Assembly: GCA_942493095.1 (NCBI GenBank)
Contig: OW818675.1
Location: 1,380,001-1,412,000, forward strand
Direction of reading: 5' to 3'
Length of the DNA stretch: 32,000 nucleotides
Source: Candidatus Electronema halotolerans
Lineage (GTDB): Bacteria > Desulfobacterota > Desulfobulbia > Desulfobulbales > Desulfobulbaceae
In this document: positions 10,036-22,400 of the stretch, in pieces
How the letters are laid out: each line of letters opens with the position of its first letter
Position numbering within the stretch: position 1 is the first letter of the stretch
Translations under genes and position numbers: made by a program
The notes under the pieces: model-generated
Databases searched by the model: none
Told to the model about the DNA's origin: nothing
Seen by the model: only the letters and a program-made list of their open reading frames with translations

Positions 10036-11094
10036 TCAGGACTGCGCTCTGATGGTCATGTAAGCAGGAAAATGCTGCATCTGACTCAGGTCATTTTCCA
10101 AGATGACTCGTTTTCCGTCCGCCGCCTTGCCCTTCTCCTTGAAATGGGCGAATTTGTAGGTCATATACATCATCCGGTTTCTCTCATTGCTGACAAACTC
10201 CGCCAGCAACCGCACACCCTTTTCTTGAGCCGCCTTTCTGATGTGATTGATCAGCACGCTGCCGACCCCGCGTGACATGACCCGGCAGGACATGAGCAGC
10301 AGCTTGATGGTCCAGACCTGCTCCCGGCATTCGATCAGAACCAGCCCGATCTTGCCGTAGGTGCCGTACTTGTCCTCAAGCCCGGCAATCAGCAGGATAT
10401 GATCCTCAGACTGCCGGAAGCGGTCCAGCTCCTCATACGAATAGGCATCGCCAGTGGTGTTGAGTTGATGGGTGCGCACCGTGAGTTCCTCGGCCCGCTT
10501 CAAGTCTTCCTCCTGCGCGGGCGCAATGGTCAGCACCATGTTCAGAGTGGCGAGAAACTCCTCCTTTGGCCCGACAAACTCCTCCTCCACCGCCTCGCGC
10601 CGCTGGTCGCTGAGATACATCTGCCGCCGCTTGGCCGAATCCTCTGTGATGAAACGGGGGTGCATTCGGGCCAGCTCCGGCACCTTGACAAGATCAGCGG
10701 CATCAAGGCAAAGCACTTCAGGCAGGGAGAAATTCACCTCTTCCCGCTCAAAGGCTTGATCGTCAATAAAGGCAAAGGTGTCAATGCCGATATTGAGCTT
10801 TTCGGCAATGGTCCTGATATTGTCAGCTTTTGAGTTCCAGTTGATCTGCGGATAGAGGAAATAGTCAGCCAGACCAAATTTCTCAAGCCTGCTCATGGCA
10901 TGGTTATGTTCATTTCTGCTGGCAATGGACTGAAGGATGCCCCGCTTGTCCAATGTCTGAATGATTTCCTGAACGCCATCGCGCAGCGTCACCTCGCTGT
11001 CCTCCAGCAGGATGCCGTTCCACAGAGTATTGTCCAAATCCCAAACCAGACATTTTATTTTCTGCTCTTCTTTGTCATGCGTCTGCTGCGTCAT
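10036..11094 (-). CDS. FkbH-like HAD-superfamily protein (glyceryl-ACP formation)
   Basis: 352 aa: KCLVWDLDNTLWNGIL HAD motif, SRNEHNHAM, FIDDQAFEREEV and GNAT-like C-terminus, characteristic of the FkbH family. Confidence 0.9.
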   Translation of the reverse strand: MTQQTHDKEEQKIKCLVWDLDNTLWNGILLEDSEVTLRDGVQEIIQTLDKRGILQSIASRNEHNHAMSRLEKFGLADYFLYPQINWNSKADNIRTIAEKLNIGIDTFAFIDDQAFEREEVNFSLPEVLCLDAADLVKVPELARMHPRFITEDSAKRRQMYLSDQRREAVEEEFVGPKEEFLATLNMVLTIAPAQEEDLKRAEELTVRTHQLNTTGDAYSYEELDRFRQSEDHILLIAGLEDKYGTYGKIGLVLIECREQVWTIKLLLMSCRVMSRGVGSVLINHIRKAAQEKGVRLLAEFVSNERNRMMYMTYKFAHFKEKGKAADGKRVILENDLSQMQHFPAYMTIRAQS

Positions 11095-12259
11095 TTCTTC
11101 CCTGTCTGCCTTTTCTTCGTTCCATGATTAGCTGCTGATAGCCGTTCTTGGCAATAATGATCTGCTGGATTTGATTGCTGCCTTCGATGATCTCCATGAT
11201 TTTCGCATCCCGGAAGCAGCGCTGCACCGGATAATCACTGCTACAGCCATTGGCCCCATGAATCTGCACTGCATCGCTGGCCGCCTGCATGGCGGCTCTG
11301 GAGGCAAAATATTTGGCCGTGGAAGTCTCCATGATCAGGGCCGGATCACCTTTGTCTTTCATATTGCCAGCATGGTGACAAAGCAGTCTTGCCGCTTTGC
11401 TGTTGGTGATCATGTCCGCAATCATCTGCTGAATGAGCTGATGCCCTCTGAGAGGAGCACCGAACTGCTTCCGCTCGCTGGTGTAGCTGAGGCAGGCGGA
11501 CAGGCAGGCTTCGATCAGGCCGAGACAACCCCAGGCCACACAGTAGCGGCCATGATCAAGCGCGGTTCCGGCGACATGCGAGAAGCCAAAGCCGATTCGA
11601 CCCACCAGATTTTCTTCAGGAATTCGGCAGTTCTTGAGTATGAGCCGGGCCAGCATGGCGGAACGGAAGCCGAGCAGGCCGCTGATGGCTTGGCTGGCAA
11701 AACCGGGCGTGTCCCGCTGGACAAGAAAGGCGGATGGTCTGCCCTCGCATTGGGCGATAATCAAAAAGAGATCAGCGACCTGACCAAAGGAAATCCATTT
11801 TTTTCCCCCTGTGATCAGATAACTGCCATCAGCATGAACCGCAGTGCTCTGGACGCTCTTGGCATCGCTGCCAATATCCGGCTCGGTCAGGCCAAACGCG
11901 CCGATGGTCGCGCCGCTTGCCAATCTGGGCAGCCAGACAGCCCGCTGCTCTGCTGTGCCCCATTTCAGCAGAGCCTGACAGACCATGCCATGCACAGTGA
12001 GCAAACTGAGCAGCGAGGCACTGACCCGGCCAATTTCCTCGCAGAGCAGACCAAAGGTGAGCGCATCCATGCCTTGGCCGCCATGCTCTTTGGGCACCAC
12101 AGCTCCCAGCCAACCGGTGGCGGCAAATTTTTTAATAACGCTCTCAGGCATCTGCTCATCCCGGTCATACTGATCAGCATGGGGAGCTATTTCCTCGCTC
12201 GCAAAAGAGCGGAACAAATCCCTGCTGCGCCGCTGTTCAGGGGTTAAGGAAAATTCCAT
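11075..12259 (-). CDS. Acyl-CoA (acyl-ACP) dehydrogenase, FkbI-like
   Basis: 394 aa with FGLTEPDIGSDAKS, QFGAPLRGHQLIQQMIADM and QIHGANGCSSDYPVQRCFRDAKIMEIIEGSNQIQQ; overlaps the FkbH-like gene by 20 nt. Confidence 0.9.
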   Translation of the reverse strand: MEFSLTPEQRRSRDLFRSFASEEIAPHADQYDRDEQMPESVIKKFAATGWLGAVVPKEHGGQGMDALTFGLLCEEIGRVSASLLSLLTVHGMVCQALLKWGTAEQRAVWLPRLASGATIGAFGLTEPDIGSDAKSVQSTAVHADGSYLITGGKKWISFGQVADLFLIIAQCEGRPSAFLVQRDTPGFASQAISGLLGFRSAMLARLILKNCRIPEENLVGRIGFGFSHVAGTALDHGRYCVAWGCLGLIEACLSACLSYTSERKQFGAPLRGHQLIQQMIADMITNSKAARLLCHHAGNMKDKGDPALIMETSTAKYFASRAAMQAASDAVQIHGANGCSSDYPVQRCFRDAKIMEIIEGSNQIQQIIIAKNGYQQLIMERRKGRQGRNDAADA

Positions 12260-12314
12260 TGTTTTATTGAATAATTAATTACAGGTCAAAAAGAGCAACC
12301 GCCCTTTTGCTTCA

Positions 12315-12554
12315 TCAGGCTGTCTTTCGTTGAATGAATCCGACAATGGCATTCATGGTTCTGAAGTTGTCATAATCAAGGTCTTCATTTTCCACCTTGA
12401 CGGCAAATTCCTTTTCCACGAACAGCACGAGCTGCATGGCAAAGAGGGAATTCACCAAACCAGAGGCGAAAAGATCCTCGTCATCATCCACATCAACGTT
12501 GATGAACTGCGCTAAAAATGACGTTACCGTCTCTCTGATGGCCTCTGCGTTCAT
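12315..12554 (-). CDS. Discrete acyl carrier protein, FkbJ-like
   Basis: 79 aa with DDDEDLFASGLVNSLFAMQLVLFVEKEF; the Ser in GLVNSL is the expected phosphopantetheine site. Confidence 0.85.
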   Translation of the reverse strand: MNAEAIRETVTSFLAQFINVDVDDDEDLFASGLVNSLFAMQLVLFVEKEFAVKVENEDLDYDNFRTMNAIVGFIQRKTA

Positions 12555-12584
12555 ATTGCTCCTCTATCAATAGTTGCGCAATGA

Positions 12585-13448
12585 TTAGAACATATTTGGA
12601 TATTTGTAAAATCCCCTGCCGTTTTTCCGCCCGTGCAACCCGGCAGCAACCATTTTTTTCAGCAAAGGAGAACAGCGGAATTTGCTGTCCTGATATTCCT
12701 CATAAAGAACCTGCAACGTGTCCACCACGGTGTCAAGTCCGATCAGATCAGCGGTTTCCAGCGGCCCCATTGCATGACCGTAGCATTTCTTGAAGATATC
12801 GTCTATCTCTTTTGGCTCGGCAACATGCTCCATGACTAAATTGGCCGCCTCATTCATAAACAAATGCGACAGACGATTGGCGACAAAGCCCGGCGCATCG
12901 TTGACAAGAATGCAGTCCTTGCCCATCTGCCGCAGAAACTGCTTTGCCGCAGCAACAGTTTCCTCTGAAGTGTGATAACCACGGATGGTTTCCACGGTTT
13001 TCTTCATCGGCACCGGATTCATGAAGTGCATGCCAATGACCCGGTCTGGCCGCTGAGTCACAGAAGCAATGCGGGTGATCGGCACTGCCGAGGTGTTGGC
13101 GGCAAAAATGCAATGCGCAGGGCAGATCGGATCAATCTGCGCATAGACCTCCTGCTTGACGCTCCACTTTTCTGTGACATTTTCAACAACAACGTCAGCA
13201 GATGCAAGCAGCTCGCAGTTTGTGACAAAACTGATCCTTCCGAGCAGCTCCTCCGAGTCTGCCGCCGGACTTTCCTTGCGCATGAAGCCCTGAAAACGGA
13301 TGCTGTTTCTGATCTGTCCCTCGGCTTTTTGCAGAATATCCTCTGCAAGATCAATCAGGATCACCTGATGCCCGGTCTGGGCAAGATTCTGGGCCACCCC
13401 GCAGCCCATCACTCCGGCTCCGACCACGCCAACTGTCTTAATATTCAT
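12585..13448 (-). CDS. 3-hydroxyacyl-CoA (-ACP) dehydrogenase, FkbK-like
   Basis: 287 aa: VGVVGAGVMGCGVAQNLAQTGHQVILIDL Rossmann motif and IGMHFMNPVPMKKTVE. Stop/start spacing to the NRPS/PKS gene is 9 nt. Confidence 0.9.
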   Translation of the reverse strand: MNIKTVGVVGAGVMGCGVAQNLAQTGHQVILIDLAEDILQKAEGQIRNSIRFQGFMRKESPAADSEELLGRISFVTNCELLASADVVVENVTEKWSVKQEVYAQIDPICPAHCIFAANTSAVPITRIASVTQRPDRVIGMHFMNPVPMKKTVETIRGYHTSEETVAAAKQFLRQMGKDCILVNDAPGFVANRLSHLFMNEAANLVMEHVAEPKEIDDIFKKCYGHAMGPLETADLIGLDTVVDTLQVLYEEYQDSKFRCSPLLKKMVAAGLHGRKNGRGFYKYPNMF

Positions 13449-13457
13449 ATTTTTCCT

Positions 13458-16400
13458 TTATGTTATTGCCGCAGGCTCAGTCTCCGGGACGGCGGCCATC
13501 CCGGCTGCGCGTTCCAGACAAATTTGCATCTGCGTCGCCAGCACCTGCACATGCGGCTGATTGACCATTGTATGATGTTTTCCAGGCACTTGAATCACTT
13601 CCACAGCTTGGGCCGCATAGTCCTGCCAGCCATGCTCCGGCGGCAGAGTTGGATCCTCCGGCCTTCTTTCCGCAGCTTGGAAGAGCGTGACCCTGCCGCC
13701 GCAGGTCTTGGCCTGAAAACGCAACGAAGCGGACATATTGCTTTTATAGACCCGGATCAGCCGCTTGGTCTGCATCAGGTCAACATCAGGGGGAAAGATG
13801 TTGATCTTTCGGCCTTGTTCAACGACATGGGCTAACTGCTCATCAGGACTGAGCTGGCGCAGATAGTCCAAGGACAGGGCAGCATCGGCTTCGGCAAAGT
13901 AATCGACAAAAAACTGCGCGTCATCTTCCGGTTCCTGAAGAATCTCCCTGATGATGTGCGGCGCAATGGCATCCAGCAAGCCAAGGAAGGTGACAGACTC
14001 TCCCTGCGCCTCCAGCCGGGCGGCCATTGCAAAGGCGACCAGTCCGCCGAACGACCAGCCCATGAGCTGATAGGGGCCGTGCGGCTGCACTGTCTGCATG
14101 GCTTCAATGTACTGTGCTGCCATCTCAGCAATATCCGGGCAAGGCTCCTGCTCCGCTTCCAGTCCGAATGCCTGGAAGGCGTAAAACGGCTGCTCCGGGC
14201 CGAGCTGCCGGGCCAGCTCAAGATAGCAGAGCACATTGCCGCCCGCCGGATGCACGCAGAAGAGCGGGGCCTTTTTGCCGCTGCTCTGAATGGGAACAAG
14301 GCAGGACCACGGCAGCAGCTCAGTCTGCCGCCGCAGAATCTTGGCGATTTCCTCAATGCTGCTGTTATGGAAAAGAGTGGTCAGGGCGATGCGCTGTTTG
14401 AACTGCTGCTCCACCTGCGCCATCAGCCGCACCGCCAGCAGGGAATGTCCGCCCAGCTCAAAGAAATTATCTTTGATGCCGACAGGATGCACTTTGAGCA
14501 GCTCTTCCCAAATCTGGGTCAGGCGCAGCTCCACCGTGTCACGCGGAGCCTGATATCGTTTATCCCTGCGCTGCGACTCAGGTTCCGGCAGAGCTTTGCG
14601 GTCGATCTTGCCGTTGGGAGTCAGGGGCAGTTTGTCGAGCACGGTGAAGCTGCCGGGCAGCATGTAGGCAGGCAACTGCTCGTGGAGGAAGTCGCGCAGC
14701 GCAACGGCGAATTCCGTTTTATCCACAAGGTCGGCAGCCGGATTGTTCGCATAGCTGCGCCAAGGCTTGGGCAGGGGTGCAGGCCGGTTCGGCGTGAAGC
14801 GGGCGGCAAGCTCTTTTCGTTGAAACACCGCTGTATAATGGAATTTTCCGCCATAATGCAGGGAGCAGGTGTATGCCGTGTCCTCGGTCAGAGTGCGCAA
14901 GGCTTCCGGGGCAACGAATTGGCCCGCGTCTTCTTGCACCAAGGCCCGCAAGTCGGCAACAGAGCCGTCAAAATGGGCAAGCTGCTCCAGCAGCTTCTTT
15001 TCTTCAGCGAGCCGGGCATTGGGTATGGTGCTGATTTCAATGACCTCGCTTTGCTGCTCGGCCAGCTTATGGCTGACCTGCTCCAGCGTCACGGCAGCTT
15101 TGCCCCAGTCCAAACGCTGCACCTGCGCTGTTGGCAGAGCAGGTCTTGCCGCATCAAGATGCAGGGTCACATCATAGCGGAAGCAGGTCATCTCGTTCTG
15201 AGCAAGCCCTTGTTTCAGCTCCAGCCGCACTTGACTGACCGCTGGAATCCGCTCTTGCAGGGCCATGAACAAGTCAGGATCAAGCAGCAGTTCCCGCTCC
15301 CGGCTCATGCTGGCCTGCACCCGCTGCCGCAGCTCCTTCACGGCCAGCCCGTCATCGGCCTGAAAAAGCTGCACCGACGCATGAAAGGCTTCCAAGAGCT
15401 GGAAGTTGCGCACATCGCCAATGAAAATGGAGCCGCCGGACGCAACTGCTGCCGCTGCTTTTTCCAAAACCTTGAGCAGATAGTCAATGGACGGGAAATA
15501 CTGAATGACTGAGTTGAGAATCACCAGATCAACGGAACCCGGCTGAAGGCTGTCAATCTGATCAGCAGCGAGCTGCCGCAGCATTACCCTGTCGCTGAAG
15601 TCCCAGTCCTGCTGCTGGGTTTCAATCCACGCCAAGGCTTCGGAAGAAATATCCGCGCCAATATACTGCTGGCAGAAAGGAGCCAAGCGGAAGAGCAACA
15701 TGCCGGTGCCGCAGCCGATTTCCAAAATGCGGGCTGGTGCCAGCGACAATATTCGCGCTACAGTGCCGTCAAGCCATTCCTGCATCTCCTGATCAGGAAT
15801 CGGCTGCATGGTGTAGCTGCTGTTCCAGCCGATGGTGTTGCGCTGCCGCTCGACCGGCGCATCAGCAGATTGGCTGTAGGTGTCGTTCCAGACCTGCTGC
15901 CACTGCTTGATTGTTTCCGTCTGCGCCGCCTGATCAGCACTGTCAGCTTCACTGGTCAAGCGCGGCACAATGTATGCGGCGAGCTGCTCCTGCTCCTGAT
16001 TGGCAATCACAGCGGCCTCCCGCACACGCGGATGCCTGTTCAGAGCCGCCTCAATTTCGCCCAGCTCAATGCGGAAGCCGCGCAGCTTGATCTGATGATC
16101 AATTCGTCCCAGACATTCCAAGATGCCGTTGCGGAGCAGCCGGGCCAGATCACCGGTTTTGTAGATGCGTTGCCGCTGGCCGAACAGTTCTATTTCGACG
16201 AATTTTTCCGCTGTCAGCTCAGGCCGGTTCAGATAGCCTCGCGCCAAACCATGCCCGCCGATGCACAGCTCTCCCGGCAGACCCGGCGGAACGAGGCCGC
16301 CGTGCTCGTCGAGAATATACATCTGAGTGTTGCCGATGGGCTGCCCGATCAATTCCGGCCGTTCCGGCCAGCTCGCAACATCCTGCATGGACGACCAAAT

Positions 16401-19400
16401 CGTGGTTTCAGTGGGGCCGTACACATTCCAAAGCCGCTGACAGTTGGCAAGCAGTTTTCTCCCAAGTTCCGCTTGCATGGCCTCGCCGCCGCAAAGGATG
16501 GTCAGCGGGCTGCGCTGCTGCCAGCCGCTGTGCAGAAGCATTTTCCATGTCGCCGGAGTGGCCTGCATCACAGTGATCTGTTCCTGCTCAAGAACCTCCA
16601 TAAGCAGGTCGCCGTTCATGGCTGTTTCTCTGTCAATAAGCACACACTGGCTGCCGCTGATCAACGGCAGATACAATTCCAAGGCCGCAATGTCGAAGGA
16701 CAGCGTGGTCAGGGCTAAGACTTTGTCATTTTCTTTTATGCCGATGCGCTGCTGCATATAACAGAGGAAATTCACCAGCGCGGCGTGCTCAATCATAACT
16801 CCTTTAGGCCGTCCTGTTGAACCGGAAGTGTAAATCACATAGGAGAGATGCTCCGGGCTGCTCCGTCTGCTCAGATTGTCTGCGGAATGCAGAGCAATTT
16901 CAGGCCAGCCGCTGTCCAAGCAGATGACTTCGGCACTGTGTTCCGGCAGGTGCGCCAACAGGTGCTGCTGGGTCAGCAGCACTTTCACTGCCGCATCATT
17001 GAGCATGAAGTGCAGCCGATCTTGCGGATAATCCGGGTCCAGCGGCATGTATGCGCCGCCCGCTTTGAGAATGCCGAGCAGACCGACCAGCATATCCAAA
17101 GAGCGCTCCACATAGATGCCGACCAAGGTGTCAGGCCCGACTCCCAAGGCCAGCAGATGCCGGGCCAGCTGATTGGCCTGCTGATTGAGTTCGGCAAAGC
17201 AGAGCTGCTCTTCAGCAAAGGCAACTGCAATATTGCCGGGACAGCGGACAGCCTGCGCCTCAAAAAGCTCAACCAGGGTTTTGTCTTGCGGGCAGGCGAA
17301 ATCCCTTTGATTCCAAGTTTGCAGCTCCTGCTCCTCCGCCGATGTCAGCAAAGAGAACGAGGAGTACGGCTGCTCTGGTGCTTTAACAATCTCCCGCAGC
17401 AGGGTCTGGAAATGCCCGGCCATCCGGGAGATGGTCTCTGCCGCGAACAAGTCGGTGGAATATTCCCAGTCGCAGACAAAGCCGTCCTCCTGTTCAGCAA
17501 TGCTCAGGGTCAGATCAAACTTGGCGGTTGTCAGCTCCGGCTCTAAGAAGGAAACAGTCACCCCGCTGAACTCCAGCGATTCCTGCGGCGCGTTCTGGAG
17601 AATGAACATCACCTGAAACAGCGGCGAATAACTGAGACTGCGGGCCGGGTTGAGCTGTTCCACCAAGTATTCAAAGGGAATGTCCTGATGGCTGTAGGCT
17701 TCCAGAGCGGTCTGCCTGATCTGGGTGAGCAGTTCAGCAAAGGTCTGGGCCGGGCCGAGCTGGCTGCGCAGGACCAGCGTGTTGACAAAAAAGCCGATTA
17801 AATCCTCGGTCTGCCGCTGGGTGCGGTTGGCAATGGGACTGCCCACGAGCAGGTCTGTCTGGCCGCTGTAGCGGTGCAGCAGGACGTTGAAGGCGGCCAG
17901 CAAGGTCATGAAAACGGTTGCCCCGTGCTCACGGCTCAGGAGCCTGACCGCTTGCGCCAGTTCGGCAGGCAGGGCTGATTGGAGATGCCGGCCCTGATAG
18001 CTGATTTCTGCCGGGCGGGGATAATCTGTGGGCAGTTCGAGCAGTTCAGGCACGCCAGCCAGCTTGCCGCGCCAATACTCCAACTGCTCATGCAGGGCCT
18101 TGCCGTGCAGCCAGCTCTTCTGCCAAGCGGCAAAATCCGTGTATTGAATCGACAGTTCCGGCAGGTTTGCTTTCCGATTTTCGAGACAGGAACAGTACAG
18201 CTCGCCCCAGTCGCGCACCAGGATGCCCATTGACCAGCCGTCGCTGATAATATGGTGCATGTTGAAGAGCAGTATCTGCTCCTGTGCGCCGAGCCGGAGC
18301 AGATGCAGACTGAACAGAGGCCCGGTGGTCAGCTCAAAGGCGGTGCCGCCATGCCTGCCAATCCATGCCTGCACCTGTTCCTCCTGTTCTGCGGCAGGCA
18401 AGCTGCTGAGATCAGCAATAGTCAGCGGGTCATAGAGGGCAAGCCGCTGCACAGCTGCTGTTCCGGCCTGCTCCGGGAAGTAGAGGCGCAGGCTCTCGTG
18501 CCGCGCAATCAGGGCTGTGGAGGCCCGGCGCAGTGCTCCCTCATCCAGTGGGCCGCGCAGTCGCAGGGCAATGGGCATGTTGTAGGCCGAATTCTGTTCT
18601 TCCAACTGGGTCAGAAACCAGAGCCGCTGCTGGGCAAAGGACAGTGCCAAGGGCGCGTCTTGAGCCAGCGGGCTGATGGTCGGCAGAGCCTGACCGCGCT
18701 GCTGCTGCCCCAGCCATGCCGCCTGTTCAGCCAGCACGGGCAGCTCAAAAACGATGCGCAGCGGCAGATCAACACCAAAGCTTTCGCGGATGCGCGAGAC
18801 AAGCTGAGTTGCCAGCAGGGAATGGCCACCGATCTCAAAGAAATTGCTCTGCACATCAGCAATGTCCATCTTCAGGGCCTGCGACCAGAGCGCGCAGAGC
18901 AGCTCTTCGGTCTCGGTCTGCGGGGCTTGCGCCTGCTGCCCGGAGGCAATGAAGTCAGGTCGCGGCAGAGCCTTGCGGTCAATCTTGCCGTTGGCAGTCA
19001 GGGGCAACTTGTCGAGCACGGTGAAGCTGGCCGGAATCATCCAGTCGGGCAGGATTTGCTTCAGGGCCTCACGCAGAACAGCAGGCAGAGCAGCAGATTC
19101 TGTTTTTGCAGCATCGACCGTGAGATAGGCAGCCAGCAGCTTGCCGCCCTCCTGCTCCCAGACAACTGCTGCCGCTTCTCTGACCGCCTCCTGCCGCACC
19201 AGAGCCGCCTCAATCTCGCCCAGCTCGATGCGGTGGCCGCGAATTTTGACCTGATTGTCCTCCCGGCCCAGAAATTCAATCGTGCCGTCCGGCAGGCGGC
19301 GGCCCAAATCGCCGGTCTTGTAGAGCCGCTCGCCGGTGCGGGGGTGGGTGATGAAGGAAGCCTCTGTTCTCTCCTGATCGCGCCAATAACCTTGGGCCAG

Positions 19401-22400
19401 ACCAATGCCGCCGATATACAACCGGCCTGCCGTCCGCACCGGACACGGCGCAAGCTGTTCATTGAGGACATGAAAGGTCTGATTGGTCAGAGGCCGACCG
19501 TAGGGAATGCTCGTCCATGCCGGGTCAACCGCGCCGATAGAATGGAAGATTGACCAGATAGAGACCTCTGTGGCTCCACCCAGACTGATCAGTTCAGCAG
19601 CAGGCCAGAGCTGGCGGATGCGCTCCGGCAGATCAAGAGGAATCCAGTCGCCGCTCATCATCACCAAGCGCAGCGGCGCAGGCAAGGGCTGCCCGTGCTG
19701 ATCTTCAACCAGCATCTGCATCAGGGCGGGCACGCTGTTCCATACTGTCACGCTGTGCCGGGTCAGCAGTTCCGCCCAGAGCGAGGGATCGCGGCGGGCT
19801 TCCGGCGCAGGCATGACAATGGTGCCGCCGACAGCCAGCAGTCCAAAAATATCATAGACCGACAGATCAAAATGCAGGGCGGAAAGGGCCAGCACCCGGT
19901 CTGCGGCGCTGATGCCGAAACGGCGGTTGATGTCCAAAATCGTGTTGACCGCGCCCCGATGATCTATGGCCACGCCTTTGGGCAGGCCGGTTGAGCCGGA
20001 GGTGTAGATCACGTAGGCCAAATCAGTCGGCTGCTGCTGGAGGTCCGGCAATTTTTCTTCTGCGCCCCCGGCGGTGCGGGCTGCGACAATGAGCGGCTGA
20101 ACCGTGTCTGGCCAATCAAGCTGTGCGGACAGATGCGGCTGAGTGAGAGCCAGCCGGACATCGCCCTGTTCGAGCAGATACTGCTGCCGGACAACAGGCA
20201 GTTCCGGGTCAACAGGCAGATAGGCCGCTCCAGAGAGCAGAATGCCGAGCACGGCCACGACCTGCTCCCAGCCTTTCTCCATGACCACAGCCACAAGCTG
20301 GTTTTGCGCCGCGCCCAGCTCCCGGAGCTGGCCAGCAAGGAGCATTGCTTCTTGGCGCAGTTCGGCGTAGGTCAACGCCCGTCCTGCGGCAACAACTGCC
20401 AGCCGCTCCGGCCCGGCCTCGGCCTGTTGCAGAAAAAGGGTGTGCAGCAGCGCATCTGACAGCGGCGCGGCAGTGTCATTCCATTCGACGAGTTGCTGTT
20501 TTTCCGTGTCTGTGAGCAAAGGCAGGCTGCGGATGTCTGTCTCCGGCTGCCGCACAATGCCGTCCAGCAGCACGGCGAAACATTCAGCTATGCGCCGTAC
20601 GGTTGCCTCTGCAAACAGGTCAGAGGCATATTCCCAGCCAAGCACAAGCTCCCCGCCGCGTTGCTCCGCGCTCAGGGTCAGATCAAATTTAGCCGTTGGA
20701 AAATCCTGCGCCACTGGTTCGATTTCCAGACCGGGCAGTTGAACGCCAAGCTCCTCGTTATTCTGGAACACAAACATGACTTGGAAGAGCGGACTATGGC
20801 TGAGGCTGCGCTCCGGTCGGAGTCGCTCCACCAGATGCTCGAACGGAACATCCTGATGCGCGTAGGCATCCAGCGCAGTGCGCCGCACCTGGCCGAGCAG
20901 GGTGCTGAAGGTGATGCCAGTTTGGCAGCGGATGCGCAGAGGCAAGGTGTTGACAAACAAGCCGATCAGTCCTTCGGTCTGCCGGAGCGTGCGCCCGGCG
21001 ATGGGGCTGCCGATGACAAGGTCATCCTGACTGCTGTGCCGTTGGAGCAGGACGCTGAAGGCGGCCAGCAAGGTCATGAACAGGGTGCAGTTCTCCTGCC
21101 GGGCCAGTTCATGCAGCCGCTGAGTCAATTCCGGGGCGATGCGGCTTTCCAGATGGCCGCCTTGATAGCTCTGCACTGCCGGACGCGGATGATCAGCAGG
21201 CAGCTGAAGCAGGGGCGGCGCGCCGGTGAGCTGCTCCTCCCACCATGCAAGCTGCCGGGTCAGCAGGTCTCCGGCCAGCAGCTCCCGCTGCCATGCCGCA
21301 TAGTCGGCGTACTGCACTGGCAGCGACCGCAGCTCCGGGCTTTGTCCTTTTGCCAGCGCGGCATAGATTTCTCCTGACTCCCGGAGCAAAATGCTCATGG
21401 ACCAGCCATCGCTGATAATGTGGTGCATGTTGAAGAGCAGGACATGCTCCTGCTCGTTGAGCCGAACCAGCTCCAGGCGGAGCAGCGGGCCGCGCTCCAG
21501 ATCAAAGGGCCGGGCCGTGTGCTCCTCAAGCCGCTCTTGGAGCGCAGCTTTCTGTTTCTCGGCAGCAAGAGCCGTCAAGTCGCTCATGGCCAGCGGGTCA
21601 TAAACCGCAATGAGCCGCAGCCCGGCTTGGCCGTCACGATCAGGAAAACTCATCCGCAGGCTCTGGTGCCGTTCGGTCAGCAGGACAAAGGTCTGCCGCA
21701 GGGCGGCAATGTCCAGCCTGCCGCGCAGCCTGACCGCCGCAGGCATGTTATAGGTTGCGGAAGGGCCTTCCAAGCGGGCCAAAAACCAGAACCGCTCCTG
21801 CGCGGGCGAGAGGCGCAGCGGCACTGTTTCCGGCAACGGCTGAATCTGCGGCAGAGTGCCGCCCCGCTGCTGCTGCTCCAGCCAGACCGCCAAATCCGCC
21901 AGCACCGGATGTTCAAACAAGGCCCGCAGGGGCATTTCCACGCTAAAGCTGTCGCGGATACGGGCGACCAATTGCGTCGCCAGCAGAGAATGACCGCCCA
22001 GCTCGAAAAAATGCGCGGCAATACTGCGCACCTCTGTTTTCAACACAGCGGCATACAGCCCGGCCAGCAGCATTTCCGTCTCTGTGCGCGGCGGCACCGC
22101 CTCTGCTCCTGTCTGCGGCGCAGCCGGTTCCGGCAATGCCCTGCGGTCAATTTTGCCGTTGGGAGTCAGGGGCAGCTTGTCGAGCACGGTGAAGCTGGCC
22201 GGAATCATCCAGTCGGGCAGGCTTTCCTTGAGAAAGGCCCGTAAAGCCGGGGCATCAAGCTCCGCCCCGTTCGCTGCCATCAGGTAGGCGGCAAGGAATG
22301 TATTGCCGTCATTCTCACGGAGCACAAGCACAGCTTCCGCAACCGCTTCATGTTTGGTCAGAGCCGTCTCAATCTCGCCCAGCTCAATGCGGAAGCCGCG

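Noticed and set aside
13956-15512. Long plus-strand ORF (518 aa) and many other plus-strand ORFs opposite the megasynthase
   Set aside because: They are shadow ORFs antisense to conserved NRPS/PKS domains in a GC-rich gene. Their proteins repeat the same pattern opposite each module (e.g. AVGSQGQLVEHGEAG), as expected from antisense of repeated domains.
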